64,000 nt of DNA from Octopus vulgaris (Eukaryota), in the NCBI GenBank assembly GCA_951406725.2, contig OX597815.1:75516001-75580000 (forward strand), in the 5' to 3' direction. The notes beneath the pieces were generated by a model that worked only from the letters and a program-made list of their open reading frames with translations, made no database searches and had not been told where the DNA came from. This document shows positions 45,339 to 63,630 of the stretch, piece by piece. Both the position numbers and the translations under genes were made by a program. How positions within the stretch are numbered: position 1 is the stretch's first letter; the number at the start of each line of letters is the position of its first letter.

Positions 45339-45956
45339 ATGTATGTATGTATGTATGTATGTATGTATGTATGTATACAGAGAGAGAGGGAGAGACAGCT
45401 GGATGCATGCACAAGAAGAGAGATGCGCATGCCACATATATAAAATATTTGTGTGTCTGTAAATAAATTAATGTGTATATATATATATATATCTAACGTA
45501 CATATTGTTTGTATTTTATTTATGTAGATGTTTTGTATGTATATGTGTAAAGTGCATGCGCATACAAATCGACACGTATAATCGCAAAATATGATTAATA
45601 ACCTATATGTATATTGGTATAATATACATGGGATAGTACAATAAATACGCGTGAATAATATAAATTTTATAAACGTATGATAAATGAAGTCCAAAATAAT
45701 ATTATTATACACACTTTATATTTGATATAAACAATTCGTGTCTATACATGTGTGTGTGTGTGTGTTGAACATATATAGATAGATAGATAGATAGATATAG
45801 ATATAGATATACCAGAGTAAGCACATAAATATGAAACAAGGTGGAAAAAAGAGTACTCAAATACCAGAGGTAGAGTAATATAATTTATTGAAAAGCTGCA
45901 GAAATATCAATATGTTTCTGCTGCTTTTCAATACATATATATATATATATATGTAT

Positions 45957-46101
<145 letters not shown>

Positions 46102-46102
46102 A

Positions 46103-46358
46103 AAATAATAAATGCGCCCTTTTAAAGCCTAGCCTGGCTCATGAACCCGGTTTCCTGGTTTCTATGGCGTGTCTTCCCCAGCTGGATGGGACGCCAGTCC
46201 ATCGTAGTGTTACTCATTTTTGCCAGCTAAGCGGACTGGAGCAACGTCAAATGAAGAGTTTTGCTCAAGAACACAACGCGTCGCTCGGTCCAAGAATCGA
46301 AAGCACAATCTTACGATCATGATGCTGGCACCCTAACCACTAAGCCACGCGCCTCCAC
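46103..46358 (-). mobile_element. SINE family C copy with a distinct 3' tail
   Basis: Minus: gtggaggcgcgtggcttagtggttagg..ttcgattct..gtgttcttgagcaaaac..gatggactggcgtcccatccag. Confidence 0.8.
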
Positions 46359-46360
46359 TA

Positions 46361-46399
<39 letters not shown>

Positions 46400-46493
46400 C
46401 GTATGTATATGTATATGTATATGTATATATATATATATATGTATATATATATGTATATATATATATGTGTATATATATGTATATATATATATA

Positions 46494-46608
<115 letters not shown>

Positions 46609-46657
46609 GTATAAATATATGTATATATATATGTATATATATATATGTATATATATG

Positions 46658-46728
<71 letters not shown>

Positions 46729-46848
46729 AGAGCGAGGTGGGCTAGGCAGTGGATGATTGAGAGAGATTATATAGAGTGAGAAAGAGGCAGTCATAAGTAG
46801 TGCATGATATGTGAATACAATATACATATATGTATGTATATATATCTA

Positions 46849-46885
<37 letters not shown>

Positions 46886-47140
46886 TGTGTTATGTATACA
46901 ACACACACACATATGTATAATTATATATGTAGGCATGTGTGTGCGCGCGTGTGAGTTGAAATGGGTGTAGAAAAGATATATAAGTGATTTCATTGTGGAG
47001 AATTTCTAAGATGGACCTTATCCTTGTTAAAATTTTCATAAACGTCATATGTGAAAGTCTCGGTTCTTCAGTAATTCTCGACTATTTCAAATGTATATGA
47101 TTTCTATTTCTCCAGTTTTTCCGCAACCATATGCATAAAC

Positions 47141-47172
<32 letters not shown>

Positions 47173-47750
47173 ATATGCATATATTTATATATGTAAATAT
47201 GTCTACGTATAAAAATTATATATATATGGGCGTGTGTGTATATATGTGCGTATATATGTATGTAGGAGCTCCGAGATACATATATATATGCATGCAGACA
47301 CACGTGTGTGTGTATTTGTGTATGTGTACGTGTGTATGTCTATACGATGAACCACCCACACATTTTAATACAGCTTTACTTATACCTGTCTGTAGTCCTG
47401 TCGTTGTTGGTTGATGTGATTTTGCTTTCTGTCTGTTGTAAAGAGTCAAAGATGATTTTACCCTTTGCAAATAAAAAAAAAAACTGTTTAAAAAAAAAAT
47501 CTGTACATTTTTAATGTGGCTCTGTAAGATTTGTTTTATTACTCTAATATTTAATTATATGCGTAGCTGAATGATTTGACAGAAAATTGAAGTATTGAAT
47601 TTTACTTAATATTGCAAGTAGCTGTAGCTAGCTACCACCCAGTCAGTCTTCTTACGTTGCTGTTCCTACATCAGTTCGGGAGCTCATCCTTTTACAGTCG
47701 CGTTTGCGCTGATATATATATATATATATATACACACATAGTTTAATTTC

Positions 47751-47797
<47 letters not shown>

Positions 47798-47801
47798 ACG
47801 T

Positions 47802-47847
<46 letters not shown>

Positions 47848-47958
47848 TTGTGTATATATATATGTATATACATACGTGCATACATAATTTAAAAATACTC
47901 TGAGATAATACTTCTGGAAGCTTACATTTTACATATATATTTGGAGTTTTATTGAATA

Positions 47959-48023
<65 letters not shown>

Positions 48024-48042
48024 TATAATCTGGATTTAACCC

Positions 48043-48109
48043 ATGTCGCTCCAAACCTTGTCACGATGCATGTGGCCTAACGTGTCTACATCGGAACAGG
48101 ATTACATAG
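48043..48109 (+). CDS. Candidate alternative first coding exon MSLQTLSRCMWPNVSTSEQDYI(G..), phase 1
   Basis: ccATG at 48043, open to AG|GTAAGC at 48110; Inr-like tcagtc/tcagtt at about 47643-47675. Confidence 0.4.
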
Positions 48110-48399
48110 GTAAGCCCCTTTTATGTTGTTTTTTCTCTTTCTTTTTGTTCTTTTTTTTTTTCAAGTTTTATTTTTTATTAAATGGAAAAATTTTATGGAA
48201 ATAATACAAGAATATAATTATTTGTTGATGACGTTATTTAAAATATTTTTGCCTCTTACTTCAAACATGCACTCTATCCATTTCGATTTTTACATTTTAC
48301 TTAGATTTCTTGATGTAACTATAGGCCAGATATGAAAGACCCAAATCGATATAAATACATATACTAACGGTTATGGTTCAAAGGTGTCACTTAGTTGTT

Positions 48400-49100
48400 T
48401 CTCGTCTGTCTAGAAGTAGCTACCAAACCTCCCTCAAATCCCTGCCTACTCTTTTATGAACTGACACACTGGATAATATATTATACACAATATAATAAGC
48501 TCATAAAATGCCATTAATCATAGGTCTGCTTGTTCAAAAGTAACGTAGGGCTAAATGTTAACCCCACCACCACCAACACCACAACAACAACAACAACAAT
48601 AACAAAGATTATAACAACAATAGCAACTCTATTTCATGTCCTAACTAAACATATAATAAATGACTTTGTTTTAGTTTAGCTTCAGGTAAGCCGTAACTGA
48701 GCGGACATGATCACAAGCATTCCATCAGTAACAATTCGATCTTTTTTAGGACAATAGAATGTGATTTAAAAGAAATTACGTTGCTATATTTAGCATCGAG
48801 CAGCAATACATAGAGTGTTTATTCTTATATGCAATCAGTTGTTTATCATCATAACAATATTGAAATATTATTATCTTATTATATTTATACATATTAAAAT
48901 TATTGTTCATTTAAGACAGCAAAATGTGATTTGAGAAAGATTTTATGTCTAGACCGAGGCCAAACTTGATCGAGTAAACCTAGATCCCGCCTGTTCACAA
49001 ATATCTAATATAATTATATTGTTGAAAACAACAATGCGATGTTATTTGAGGAAGAAGTGATTTGTATTTTTAGAAGTTCAAACAATCGCCAATATGTTCC
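48400..49100. repeat. Old dispersed-repeat fragments in both orientations
   Basis: Recurring tgtgattt(g/a)a..ga/agaag blocks and related motifs at about 48520, 48680-48800 and 48920-49070. Confidence 0.4.
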
Positions 49101-49541
49101 GTCACTGGCATGTTATTCCAGGTTTAAGCAGTAAGGGTGCTGAATATCACTATGGCGAGAAACCCAAATATATTTAATCAAAACTCGCGTTCAATAACTC
49201 AAAAATAAAATATTTCTCTAGTGTGTTTCAGAAAAAGCAACACAAGATAATTGCTAATGTTGTTATCAAAGGAACTGGTTGAGGTTCACAGTTTTTAATA
49301 CAAACGGTAGCTTGGTTTCGATACACGTACCGTCACATACAGAAGGAAAAAAAAGGTGATAAATTAGTGCCGATAACGTAACGGCGTTGTTAAATTCTAA
49401 ATTCGCCATTCTTCTTTATGAAGTCTTGAGACATACATACACACACACATACACATATAGTTATGTGTAGTTATATCTATATTTGTATATATTTATATAT
49501 ATACGTATGTATGTATATGCATATATATACATAGTTATATT

Positions 49542-49588
<47 letters not shown>

Positions 49589-49590
<2 letters not shown>

Positions 49591-49746
49591 AGAGTTTACG
49601 AAAAAAAAAACAAAAGACAAAGACAGGCGGTGTACAAAACAAACAGATGTATTAGTATAACGCTCAGGAATAGGAAATGTCTCTTACGTTTCAAGCCTAC
49701 GCTCTTCTACAGAAAGGGATACAGAAAAAACAAGGAGAGAAACAAA
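49589..49746 (-). mobile_element. TA-embedded insert with variant hammerhead core (49681-49717)
   Basis: Minus: cttt-CTGTAGA-a-gagc-gtag-gctt-GAAAC-GTA-agag. Confidence 0.65.
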
Positions 49747-49763
49747 TATATATATATAGGTAT

Positions 49764-49802
<39 letters not shown>

Positions 49803-49905
49803 AATTTATGTAAAAGCATATATATGCATACACACATACAGGCATACATATATACACGCATATATACCTACCTAATTGCATACATACAGACAGTAAAGAT
49901 AGACT

Positions 49906-49989
<84 letters not shown>

Positions 49990-50897
49990 TGCGTGCATGT
50001 ATCTGATATAGATGCGTTTATACACATATATACACACACACATATATATATATATTGATAGACATAAATTATATTAGGTAAATAATTCTAAATCTCTTCT
50101 GTAATGACGCAGCTATACAGTATTGGTGTTTTCTTGTATCGCTTATAAATATATACAGATTATTAAATATATCACGCTACTCAACGACACAAACTGCTCG
50201 AAGAAAATTATTCTGCAACTAGTAGTATTGGTTTCCTGATATTTCTCTAGGGTTAAATGAATGGGAAGATGATATTCATTCTTTTGTAGCTACTAAAATA
50301 TTTTGCGCTATCTATTTCGACCAAAATCGGAGAGATCAAGGATAAGTATCTACTCAGTGAAAAGAAACTCAATACCTACGTAAACATTTTTAAAAAATCA
50401 AAAAATATGTGTAAATATATGCAAGAATATATGGGTGAAAGGATGAATTAATAGCTGGCTGGATGGATGGACACAAGTATGAATATATATATATTATAAT
50501 TAGATATAAATGTATATATACACTTGCAAGAAATAACGAATAGACAAAATATGTAGTATCACTAAGGGTATGGAATTTGTAATTCAAACTTACTTGTAGA
50601 GTTGTTATAATTGTGTTGCTGGAATAAAAAGTAATATATGAAGAAAGGAGTGAGAAAATCTTACACCCTTCTTTGTATGATACCTGTTATAAATTGCAAA
50701 CTCTAAAGTGATACTACATGTTTTCTTTGTCCTTTTTTTCTTTATTATATATATCTCCCCGCTCGTTATTAGGCATTTGCGACACCACTTTTATTAAAGT
50801 CGCAGTTCCAATCAGTGTTTTAGTTCAAACCAGCCTGACCTATTACATTACGTAATTAGATGCAATTTCATGTGTACCCTATAAATAAACATATATA

Positions 50898-51009
<112 letters not shown>

Positions 51010-51018
51010 ATATATATA

Positions 51019-51126
51019 GCTATATAGCGTTTATAAATTTTTGCATAGAAATTCTTGAAGTGACTTCGTAGCTTGAGTTCATTAACCATCGTTATATATA
51101 TCTATATACGTGATTATATATATAAT

Positions 51127-51169
<43 letters not shown>

Positions 51170-51328
51170 ATATACACATATATATACATAATTATATATA
51201 AATACAATTATATATATAATCATGTATATATATAGATATATAACGGCGGTTAATGAACTCAAGCTATGAAGTCATTTCAAGAATTTCCATGCAAAAATTT
51301 ATAAACGCTATATAGCATTGGTAACGCT

Positions 51329-51330
<2 letters not shown>
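51019..51330. repeat. Inverted repeat (about 100-bp arms) around a microsatellite spacer, within (TA)n
   Basis: gctatatagcgtttataaatttttgcat..gagttcattaacc / ggttaatgaactc..atgcaaaaatttataaacgctatatagc. Confidence 0.85.
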
Positions 51331-51405
<75 letters not shown>

Positions 51406-51565
51406 ATATGCGTATATGTATACATGTGTATATATATGCATGTCTATATGTGTGTATGTATGTAAGCATATGTATATATGAATATGCATATATGATTGCA
51501 TGTATATATATATATATGTAGATATATATATGTGTGTGTGTGTGTGTAAATATATATATATATAA

Positions 51566-51638
<73 letters not shown>

Positions 51639-51745
51639 TATATATATAATATATGTATATACATATACGAATATATATATGTGTAAATATATAAATATAT
51701 ATACGAACATATATATATATGAACATATATATATATATATGTATC

Positions 51746-51778
<33 letters not shown>

Positions 51779-51824
51779 TATATGTATATATATATATATA
51801 CGAATATATATAGATACACGAATA

Positions 51825-51866
<42 letters not shown>

Positions 51867-51998
51867 AATATATTATTTTTTTATCTTTTTTTTGGCGCCT
51901 TTCGTGGAAGATTTTGTCCGCTTCTTAGGACCGACTGGCCCGTGCTCCACCGCCGTTGGCACGGAACCCTTCTCCACTTCGGTCTTCGAAGGTCTCGT

Positions 51999-52036
<38 letters not shown>

Positions 52037-52063
52037 TATATACAAATATATATTTAAAATATA

Positions 52064-52211
<148 letters not shown>

Positions 52212-52783
52212 TGTATATGTAGTACACACATACACACATATTTATATATATATATAAACGAAACATTCAAACACTGAAATTTGAAATCAGATGTCACTAC
52301 TGTTCAAATCATCTGTGGATAAATTTTAAAATTCACATCACCAGCAGTGACATAGGTGGATCGCAGGCGCAATAACATTCAATAGGTATGAATTATAAAT
52401 TTGCACGAAGCGTAATGATGCTTAACAGACATCTACCTGATAGAAATAAGAGCTAAAGTCTTAAATTAATCCACTGTAGCGTACCAAGATAACAGAGAAA
52501 AACAGTATGCGAGGAAAATAGAAAGAATTAAAATATTTAACAGCACAAAATAAAAATATTATATATATATAAATATGTAAATATATGTAGATAAATATAT
52601 ATATACATATATGTATATATTTTATTTATTTTTATTTTATTTTATCTAGTTTCAGATGTATATGTGTAAATATACATATGTAAATATGTATATATTTATG
52701 TACATATACATGTATAATATATATAGATATATGTAAATATATATATATGTAAATATATATATATGTAAATATATAAATACCTT

Positions 52784-52823
<40 letters not shown>

Positions 52824-53422
52824 CATATATATGTATATATTTACATATGTCTATGTAAATATATATATTCAGAGAGAGAGAGAGAGAGAGAAAGAGAGAT
52901 ATTTCAACAGTGATTTTCAAATCCTTGGAGCGAAGTTTTCGGATTATTCAAGTTTACACAATACGACCTCTCGTATCATTGAATTTTTAACATTACTTTT
53001 TAATTTAACATAATCGTTCTTCAAATATTATGAATCTATTAAGAATTATTTCTAAAACATTTTTGTCACATTTTACATTTTTTTGCTTATATTTTATATA
53101 TACGTATGTATACGTAATTATAAATATAAGTTTATAAGTTTTTGTTACTTCTTTTTGTCATGGGGCTGGACGAAGAAATCGACTGACATGCTTACTTTTA
53201 TATTTTAAAACTGACACCTATAATATCCAGCTCCTTTGCCGAATTACCCTACGGCTAAATTGTATATGTACTTGTCGACTGTGGACCTTCACTGTCACTA
53301 CATAAAGTAGACGATTGTGTAACACATGAAAGTAGTAGTTTATTTCAATATTGTAAAAATTATGAAATTGTAAAGATTGCACATAATAAGACGTAAAAAA
53401 TCATACTAAGTTGAATTTCATT

Positions 53423-53502
<80 letters not shown>

Positions 53503-53777
53503 ATAACAAATTAATAAATAAAACATATGCATATATGCATACATATATGTACGTACCTACATCTACATGTATATATACATGCATATATGGGTACAGGACA
53601 CACAAAAAAAAAACGTCGAATAACAATGAGAAACGAAAACATAAACACAGAACCAAGGAAGTGGACATTTTTCTTAAACGAAACAATAGAGAACAGGACA
53701 TAAAACACAAGGAAAATTCCCCTTCTTCAGTTACCTCTGTTTCATTAACTCCGCGCTTCGAAGGTTCGTTATTTATG

Positions 53778-54577
<800 letters not shown>

Positions 54578-54710
54578 AACACACACACACGTATATGGCT
54601 GAACATAGACATAACTGCATACATATATATATATATACACACACAGATATATATATATATATATGTATATATAAATATAATGTATATATATAATTACATA
54701 TATATGTATG

Positions 54711-54759
<49 letters not shown>

Positions 54760-54872
54760 ATATATATATACACATACATACACACATATACATAAATATA
54801 CACGCACACATAAATACTGAACTATCTTTATACACATATATACGTATATATATGTGTGTGCGTGTGTGTGTC

Positions 54873-54927
<55 letters not shown>

Positions 54928-55216
54928 GTACGTGTATGTATATTGATATGTTTATATGTATGTATATATGTGTGCATGTATATTTATGTATATGTGTGTG
55001 TATGTATATATATATATATTATATATATACACATATATATATACATACATATATATGTAATTATATATATACATTATATTTATATATACATATATATACA
55101 TATATATGCATATATATAAATATATATGTATATGTATATATACACATACATACACACATATACATAAATATGCACGCACACATAAATACTGAACTATCTT
55201 TATACACATATATACG

Positions 55217-55329
<113 letters not shown>

Positions 55330-55660
55330 CTGTTTCCAACGGCTCCTTTAATTGATTAATGAAAACATTACATCTTTGTAAAGAAACCATTTTCACAGAT
55401 GAATTCATGAACTTTAAAATGGAGGACATTCAAATTTATTTAACATAGTTTAAAATCCACGGACCAAATACAATAACATTGATTCTGCTACTATTTCAGT
55501 TTGCAGAATAGCAAAGAGCGGATTTTTTCACTTAGCTTGGCCGGTACTTACATACCAAGCTTGCCATTCAATTGGTATTGTTGTGCGTGTGTCTGTATTA
55601 TTCCGATCTAGCGAGGTGTCTCAGTTTAAGTACCTAATTCAACTGAATCTTAATTGTGTG

Positions 55661-55708
<48 letters not shown>

Positions 55709-55753
55709 TACATATATACATATATACATATATACACATATATGTATACATAC

Positions 55754-55824
<71 letters not shown>

Positions 55825-55961
55825 CATATATATATATATATAACATGTATGATATATATATATGGTTCATATATATATATAATACATACAATATATAATA
55901 TATATAATATATATATAATATATATAATATATGTTATATATATAATATATATTATATATAT

Positions 55962-56600
55962 GATTGGAGGTCACTTGTCCTAAGCCACTTTGACTATTGC
56001 TCTCAGCTATGGTCACCATCCAGTGTCAAGTTAATCACAGAATTTTAGGCGATCCAACGAAGCTACACGAAGAAGATAGCCTCTGTGCAGCATATAAGCT
56101 ATTGGGAAAGACTCAAGAGATTGAGACTCTATTCCTTAGAGCGTAGGCGCGAAAGATATGCCATAATATACATCTGGAAGATCCTAGAAGGACTTGTCCC
56201 AAACTTTGGCATCGAGAGTTACACAAATGCCAGAACTGGGCGCCACTGCATAGTGCCAAGGACTCCAAATTTGCCATCAAGATGTAGGACAAGATACTGT
56301 GATAGCCTGGGCTTCCGAGGCCCACAGCTCTTCAATATCCTCCCGAAGAACCTAAGAGACCTGCATGGGGTGGATGCAGATGTCTTTAAAATGAAACTGG
56401 ATTTCTTCTTGTCAGGTGTCCCAGATGAACCAACTTCACAGCAGGAGGTACAGATGAGGGCAGCTGCATCGAACTCTCTCATGCTCCAGATGGCATTTGC
56501 TAAAAAGCATTCGTGAAGTAAAATCATGTAGCAACACCAAATGGCGGTGCCCCAGCATGGCCACAGCTTGAGAGCTGAAACTAAATAAAATAAAAAGAAA
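55962..56600 (+). mobile_element. 5'-truncated CR1-group LINE: ORF2 C-terminus plus 3' UTR
   Basis: Frame from 55965 reads [71 protein letters not shown]; one premature stop at 56046; A-rich tail. Confidence 0.9.
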
Positions 56601-56617
56601 TAAAATATATAAATAAA

Positions 56618-56654
<37 letters not shown>

Positions 56655-56914
56655 TCATTATCACTGACGTAACGGAGAACTTTTGAAACTTTCAACAATT
56701 ACCTTCAGCATGGGGCCAAGACGGGAGTGACCAATACCAGGAGTGTGTTCTATTGGTTCTACAGATTTCACGTGTGCTCTTTTCGTATGCGTGTATGTGT
56801 GTGTGTGTGATTTAAATGATACCATAAGTTTTACTATTTTTTAGGTACATATGTGTATTATTATACTATATTTATATTATTATACATATATTTATGTGTA
56901 CGCATACATATATG

Positions 56915-57297
<383 letters not shown>

Positions 57298-57350
57298 TTA
57301 TCTGAATATGTACATATGTATTCATAAATGTATACATATAAAAATAGCTA

Positions 57351-58173
57351 CGAGGGGAACCGAAAAGTGATCGGAAACGTTCTCTGTCGGACAAACCCGT
57401 TGTAGTTCGGGCTCCCATTGCAACAAGCTACTTGTCACTGGTGTCGTCGGGTGAGGTCGTACTGCCACGTGTAGGGTTTTTGTTTTGCAGTGCTTCTCCT
57501 CTGTTAGTCAATTTTTACGACGGCTGAAACGAAGAAACTACATGCTTCTGCCCTGGCGAAAACATTCGTCATGCCTCAAACAGTTTGCCATGAGCAAAAC
57601 ACAAGTTTACGAGTGATTTCCACGCTTCAAGAACGGTCACTTGTTGCTTGAAGACCAATCTCGTTCAGCACGACCGTCGACCTCCCGAACGAATGAAAAC
57701 ATCATGAACTGATCTTCAAAGACCGTCACCGAACAATTGACGAACGTGTTGACATGACTGATGTGTCCTGGAGCTCCTGAAAACGAATTTTTGGGCGAGG
57801 AATTGCGAAGGAAAAGAATTGCAACCAAATATGTGCCTCACTTGCTCACGGAGGATCAAAAGCAATCGCAATAGAATGCGTGTCGTGAACTGGAAGAACA
57901 ACCGGAAGTTGATCCGGACCTTTTTCGAAGATCATCACTGGTGACGAAAGCTGGTGCTACGGAAGTTGCAGATGTGGAAGAGGGGAAGAAAAAACAACGC
58001 ATGAGTTCAAAGACACCAATCCGCAAAAGTTTCAGCACTGCTTCGAGGAAAACGCGCTGCGACCGATGCATTCCTTCAAATTGAAAATATTTTGAAGGCG
58101 ATAAAATAGAGACATGTAAAACTAAGTGAATAAATAGTATTGAAAAGTTCCGGTTTCTTTTGGGTGTCCCTCC
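57351..58173 (+). mobile_element. Decayed, internally deleted mariner element
   Basis: TA-cgaggggaaccgaaaag ... cttttgggtgtccctcc-TA; frames give [39 protein letters not shown] and [12 protein letters not shown]. Confidence 0.85.
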
Positions 58174-58225
58174 TATACATGTATCTATATGTGTATATGT
58201 GTATCTATATATATATGTGTATATA

Positions 58226-58280
<55 letters not shown>

Positions 58281-58506
58281 ATGTGTGTGTGTGTGTGTGT
58301 TTGTGTGTATGTGTTTGTATACATATGTATATATATATATATGTATCTATATATGTTTATATGTATATATATACATATGTATGTACGTATGTATGCGTAT
58401 ATGTATGTTTATGTATGTATATACGTATGTATGCATGTATGTACGTTTATATATGTATATACGTATGTATGCATGTATGTATGTATATGTATGTATGTAT
58501 ATGTAG

Positions 58507-58570
<64 letters not shown>

Positions 58571-58635
58571 TGTTTGTATAAATATATATAGATACGTATG
58601 TATATACATATGTATGTATATTAGATAGATAGATC

Positions 58636-58711
<76 letters not shown>

Positions 58712-59238
58712 TGTAGGTAGGTAGGTAGTTAGGTAGGTAGGTAGGTAGGTAGGTAGGTAGGTAGGTAGGTAGGTAGGTAAGTAGGTAGGTAGGTAGGTAT
58801 ATGCCCTAAGGTTCAGTATGTATGTCTATGTATATTTGATGTCTCTGATATACTCCTTTACTTTCCCGCTTGACTGAATCCAAACAATAAATTCCCCTCC
58901 TCAAACGGGAATAACCCTCACCTCATATCTTTCTCTGAAGTCACTCCTGTAAATACCTAATTTTCCCCTATCCTTTTCCACCCTTTGTATTTTCTGCACA
59001 ATTACTCTCCCTATCTACATCACATCTAATTCTCACTTATATTACTCCACCTAACTTATGAACAACAGCCGGAAACATTATATAAAGCCCAAAGAAAAAA
59101 CAAAATGAGCTTCAGTATGATACAACAAGCAAGACGAAACTTCAAAATCACTGTCAACCTTTACCTTGTAAAAATTGATAAATATGTACTCTACTACAAG
59201 GTATTGAATGATCCTTCACTTTAATATTAAAGTGTTGA

Positions 59239-59287
<49 letters not shown>

Positions 59288-59315
59288 GCATGCTTGTGTG
59301 TTTGTACCTTTGCAC

Positions 59316-59351
<36 letters not shown>

Positions 59352-60109
59352 AAGTGTTCAATCAATTCCTGCTTTCAAACTAGCTTAACGCTTTTCCAAA
59401 CTAGCAACCAGACAGCGTAATGCTTGCAGAAATGAGGTTTGCTTAAAGTATACAGTCTCCAAGTTTAGTCAGTTAGTGAACCGCTTAACCTGTACGCATT
59501 ATAACATTTGATCCCAGGCCAACCTAGCGTATTTAGGCATATAGTGTTATAATGTACTTTTAACTACCACCCGCTGAACGCATGCCCTTGTCGAAGCTTG
59601 CATACTACACAGTTAAAAAGCTACGTAACACCTGAATTATTCCTTGGTGCTTAATAATTAATTTATGTAATTATTGGTTTAATATTTTAAATTACTTTAT
59701 CGGTGTTTGAAATTATTTGTTTCTTTCGAAAATGGTTTATATATGAAGGCTTGACTTCTATCGTTTTGACAACTTCTGTTTGCAAGTGTACTTATGTTAC
59801 CTTGCGATGGCTGTGAAACTTTTTACTCTGTTGAATAAAACATCATTTAGTTCACTTTCTATTAATGAAAAGAAACGCATAGTCGACCGTAGAAGGTCTT
59901 TATGTAACTTACAAACAGCTAGGTATGACTCAGTGGTTAAGAAGCTCACTCTGTAACCACATGTTTCCGGTTTCAGTCTCACCGTTTGACACCTTGGGCA
60001 AGTATTATCTCTATAATCCCAGGCTGACCAACACTTTGTGAGTGAATTTCGTAAGCGGAAACTCGTCGAGTAGGAGTATGTGTGAGAGAGAGAAAGAGTC
60101 TGTATATAT

Positions 60110-60800
60110 GTGTGTTTGGTTGTTGATAGAAAAGGACAAATTTGTGAAAGATTCATTAGATTTATTGATGTTAGTGAAGATAGAAGTGCTCAGGCTAGTT
60201 CAGATTTAGCTATAAACAATCTAGATGATTTAAGCCGTTTAAAACAAAAATGATAGCTGCTCAAACATAGATGGTGCTGCTGTCATAGCAAGCAAATTTA
60301 ATGGTGCTCAGTCAAAAGTTAAAGAGAGAAAATACGAGACTTTTTTTTCTTCTTGTTTACACTGTTATATTCATAAACTTGATCTAGTTTTAAATCAACT
60401 GTTTTTGACGTCCCGGAATTTAATATATTTTTCTTCAATATTACGGAGTATATCGTCATGCTTTTAATAGGTCCACGTAGTAGATTTCTTTACCTGATGG
60501 TTTTTCGATTCCCATAGCTTACTCCAAAGCAGTGGAGTTGTTCGTTTCGATTAACTGCAAATGCCAAGGTAAACGTAGAGGATAAAAGAAATGTTTTCTA
60601 TTTTACTATATTCTGAAAAATTCAAATACTTGAATGATAAAACGAAAATGATGCAAGAGAATTTTCATCAGGCTTTAACACAGTTGAATTTAATTTTTTT
60701 ATTAGAAATATTTTCTTGCATTATATATATATATACATATATATATATATACACATTTCCACGTGTAGTTTCTATTTTCCTTTTGTTGGAAATAAAAGAA
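60110..60800 (+). pseudogene. Decayed hAT-superfamily transposase (Tip100/ZMYM1-like, DUF4371 region)
   Basis: Broken frames read GQICERFIRFIDVSEDRSAQ, AQT-DGAAVIASKFNGAQSKVKE and LHCYIHKLDLVLNQ (CxxH motif). Confidence 0.75.
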
Positions 60801-61761
60801 GTAAAGGCTTTTTATGAAAAGTAACGATAGATATATACAATTAGATGAACTGAGATAGGAATAAATGTAATAAAAGTCATTATTGTGAATTGTCAAAGAG
60901 ATTTAAAAGCATACCGGTTTCGTAAAATTACTAATCATTGCTTTGAATGCACACCGATTACTGAACTAGTCCCTGAGTAAAAAGATTATGAGTAAGGGAG
61001 ATAAGTAGTTGTGGATTTGGTACAATTAGAGTAGATATAGATCTGTAATGTGAATGGTGTATGGGATGTATGGGGATTAGTGGTATTAAATGAAAGGTTA
61101 GTAGTGATCTGTATTATGTTATGTGTTCATATTGAGTTGGGGTAGATATGTATTGTTGCACTGATGTGTTCTGTGAACATTGATAGAAGGAGAAAATTAG
61201 GAAATTAGGATTAAGATTCCTAGCACACCTTTCTATGTGTTCACTGACCTGTATCTGCCTGTATTGTGGGGTTTTGCCCAGCATGCTAACGATTCGGCCA
61301 GCTCTCCGCCCAGAGTTTACCCCTCGGAAATGAAGTAACGTTACCAATGAGGATTAATTCAATGCGAAATCGGTCGGCCGATCTGACGCCCTCGCTTGCT
61401 GGGGGGAGGCTATCTCCCTTGTTATATATATCATAAAAAGTTAGGAGGTATGAGAGTTGAATATATTTTTTTAACCATTTGTCATCCCTAGGATTACAAC
61501 CGTTTCCTAACCTTCATCAATTTTGGTGTATAATAAATTATATTTACATGTCTGCATTGATATGAATGCTACGCAATTATACAATCGTATATTAATAAAT
61601 CAGTGTAGGTAAAGTAAGCTAGTTCATCAGAATATTTCTTCCGTCTTCACGCTCTGAGGTCGATAAGATAAGTATCGGTTGAGCACTGAGGTTTATGTAA
61701 TCGACTTACGCATCCCCGGAAATTGCTGGACTTGTGCCAGAATTCGAAAACATTATTATTA

Positions 61762-62254
61762 TTGAGTGAGAAAGCAGTACCTGCCTTCAAAGTGACACTG
61801 GGGTAAAATATACGAAGCCCAGTATATTCATCATGATTACCCGTTTGATGAGGGTACACCGGGCACATGCATCACAACCATATGTGCGCGATACGGTGAT
61901 CTCATATCAAGATAAACAACGCATGATCTTACAGGCGGGGTCCAGTTAGAATTTTATTTGGGTTGAGTGTCTCATCCCCTCAAGAAGTCCCTAAATAGGG
62001 ATTATTTAAGGATGTTGAACGAAAAACCCATGTTTCCAGAAGTGAATTATCCAAACCCCAAAAGAATTCCTCTCAATACATGGCTATGATGGTTCGTGAT
62101 CAGAGATGCACATATCGACGGCCTCTAAAGGACATGCTCAACTGGTTAACTTCAAACAACTAACAAGCAAATATTATTACTATTATTGAGTGAGAGAGCA
62201 GTGCATGCCATCAAAGTGACACTGGGGTAAAATATACGAAGCCCAGTATACCCA
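61762..62254 (-). mobile_element. Two tandem copies of a TAA-associated retroelement end (about 410 bp and about 65 bp)
   Basis: gagtgaga.agcagt...tgcc.tcaaagtgacactggggtaaaatatacgaagcccagtata occurs at about 61763 and 62188, each bounded by (TTA)n; strand is inferred. Confidence 0.6.

Positions 62255-63630
<1,376 letters not shown>

Noticed and set aside
51894-52002. GC-rich insert in (TA)n with minus-strand CTAAGAA..CGAAA
   Set aside because: Probably another TA-targeted fragment, but the core is too degenerate to call a ribozyme
58860-61250. Possible LINE AP-endonuclease remnants (58860-59060 +, 60960-61250 -)
   Set aside because: Only faint motifs (PHLISFSEV, QQYISTPT); too decayed to support
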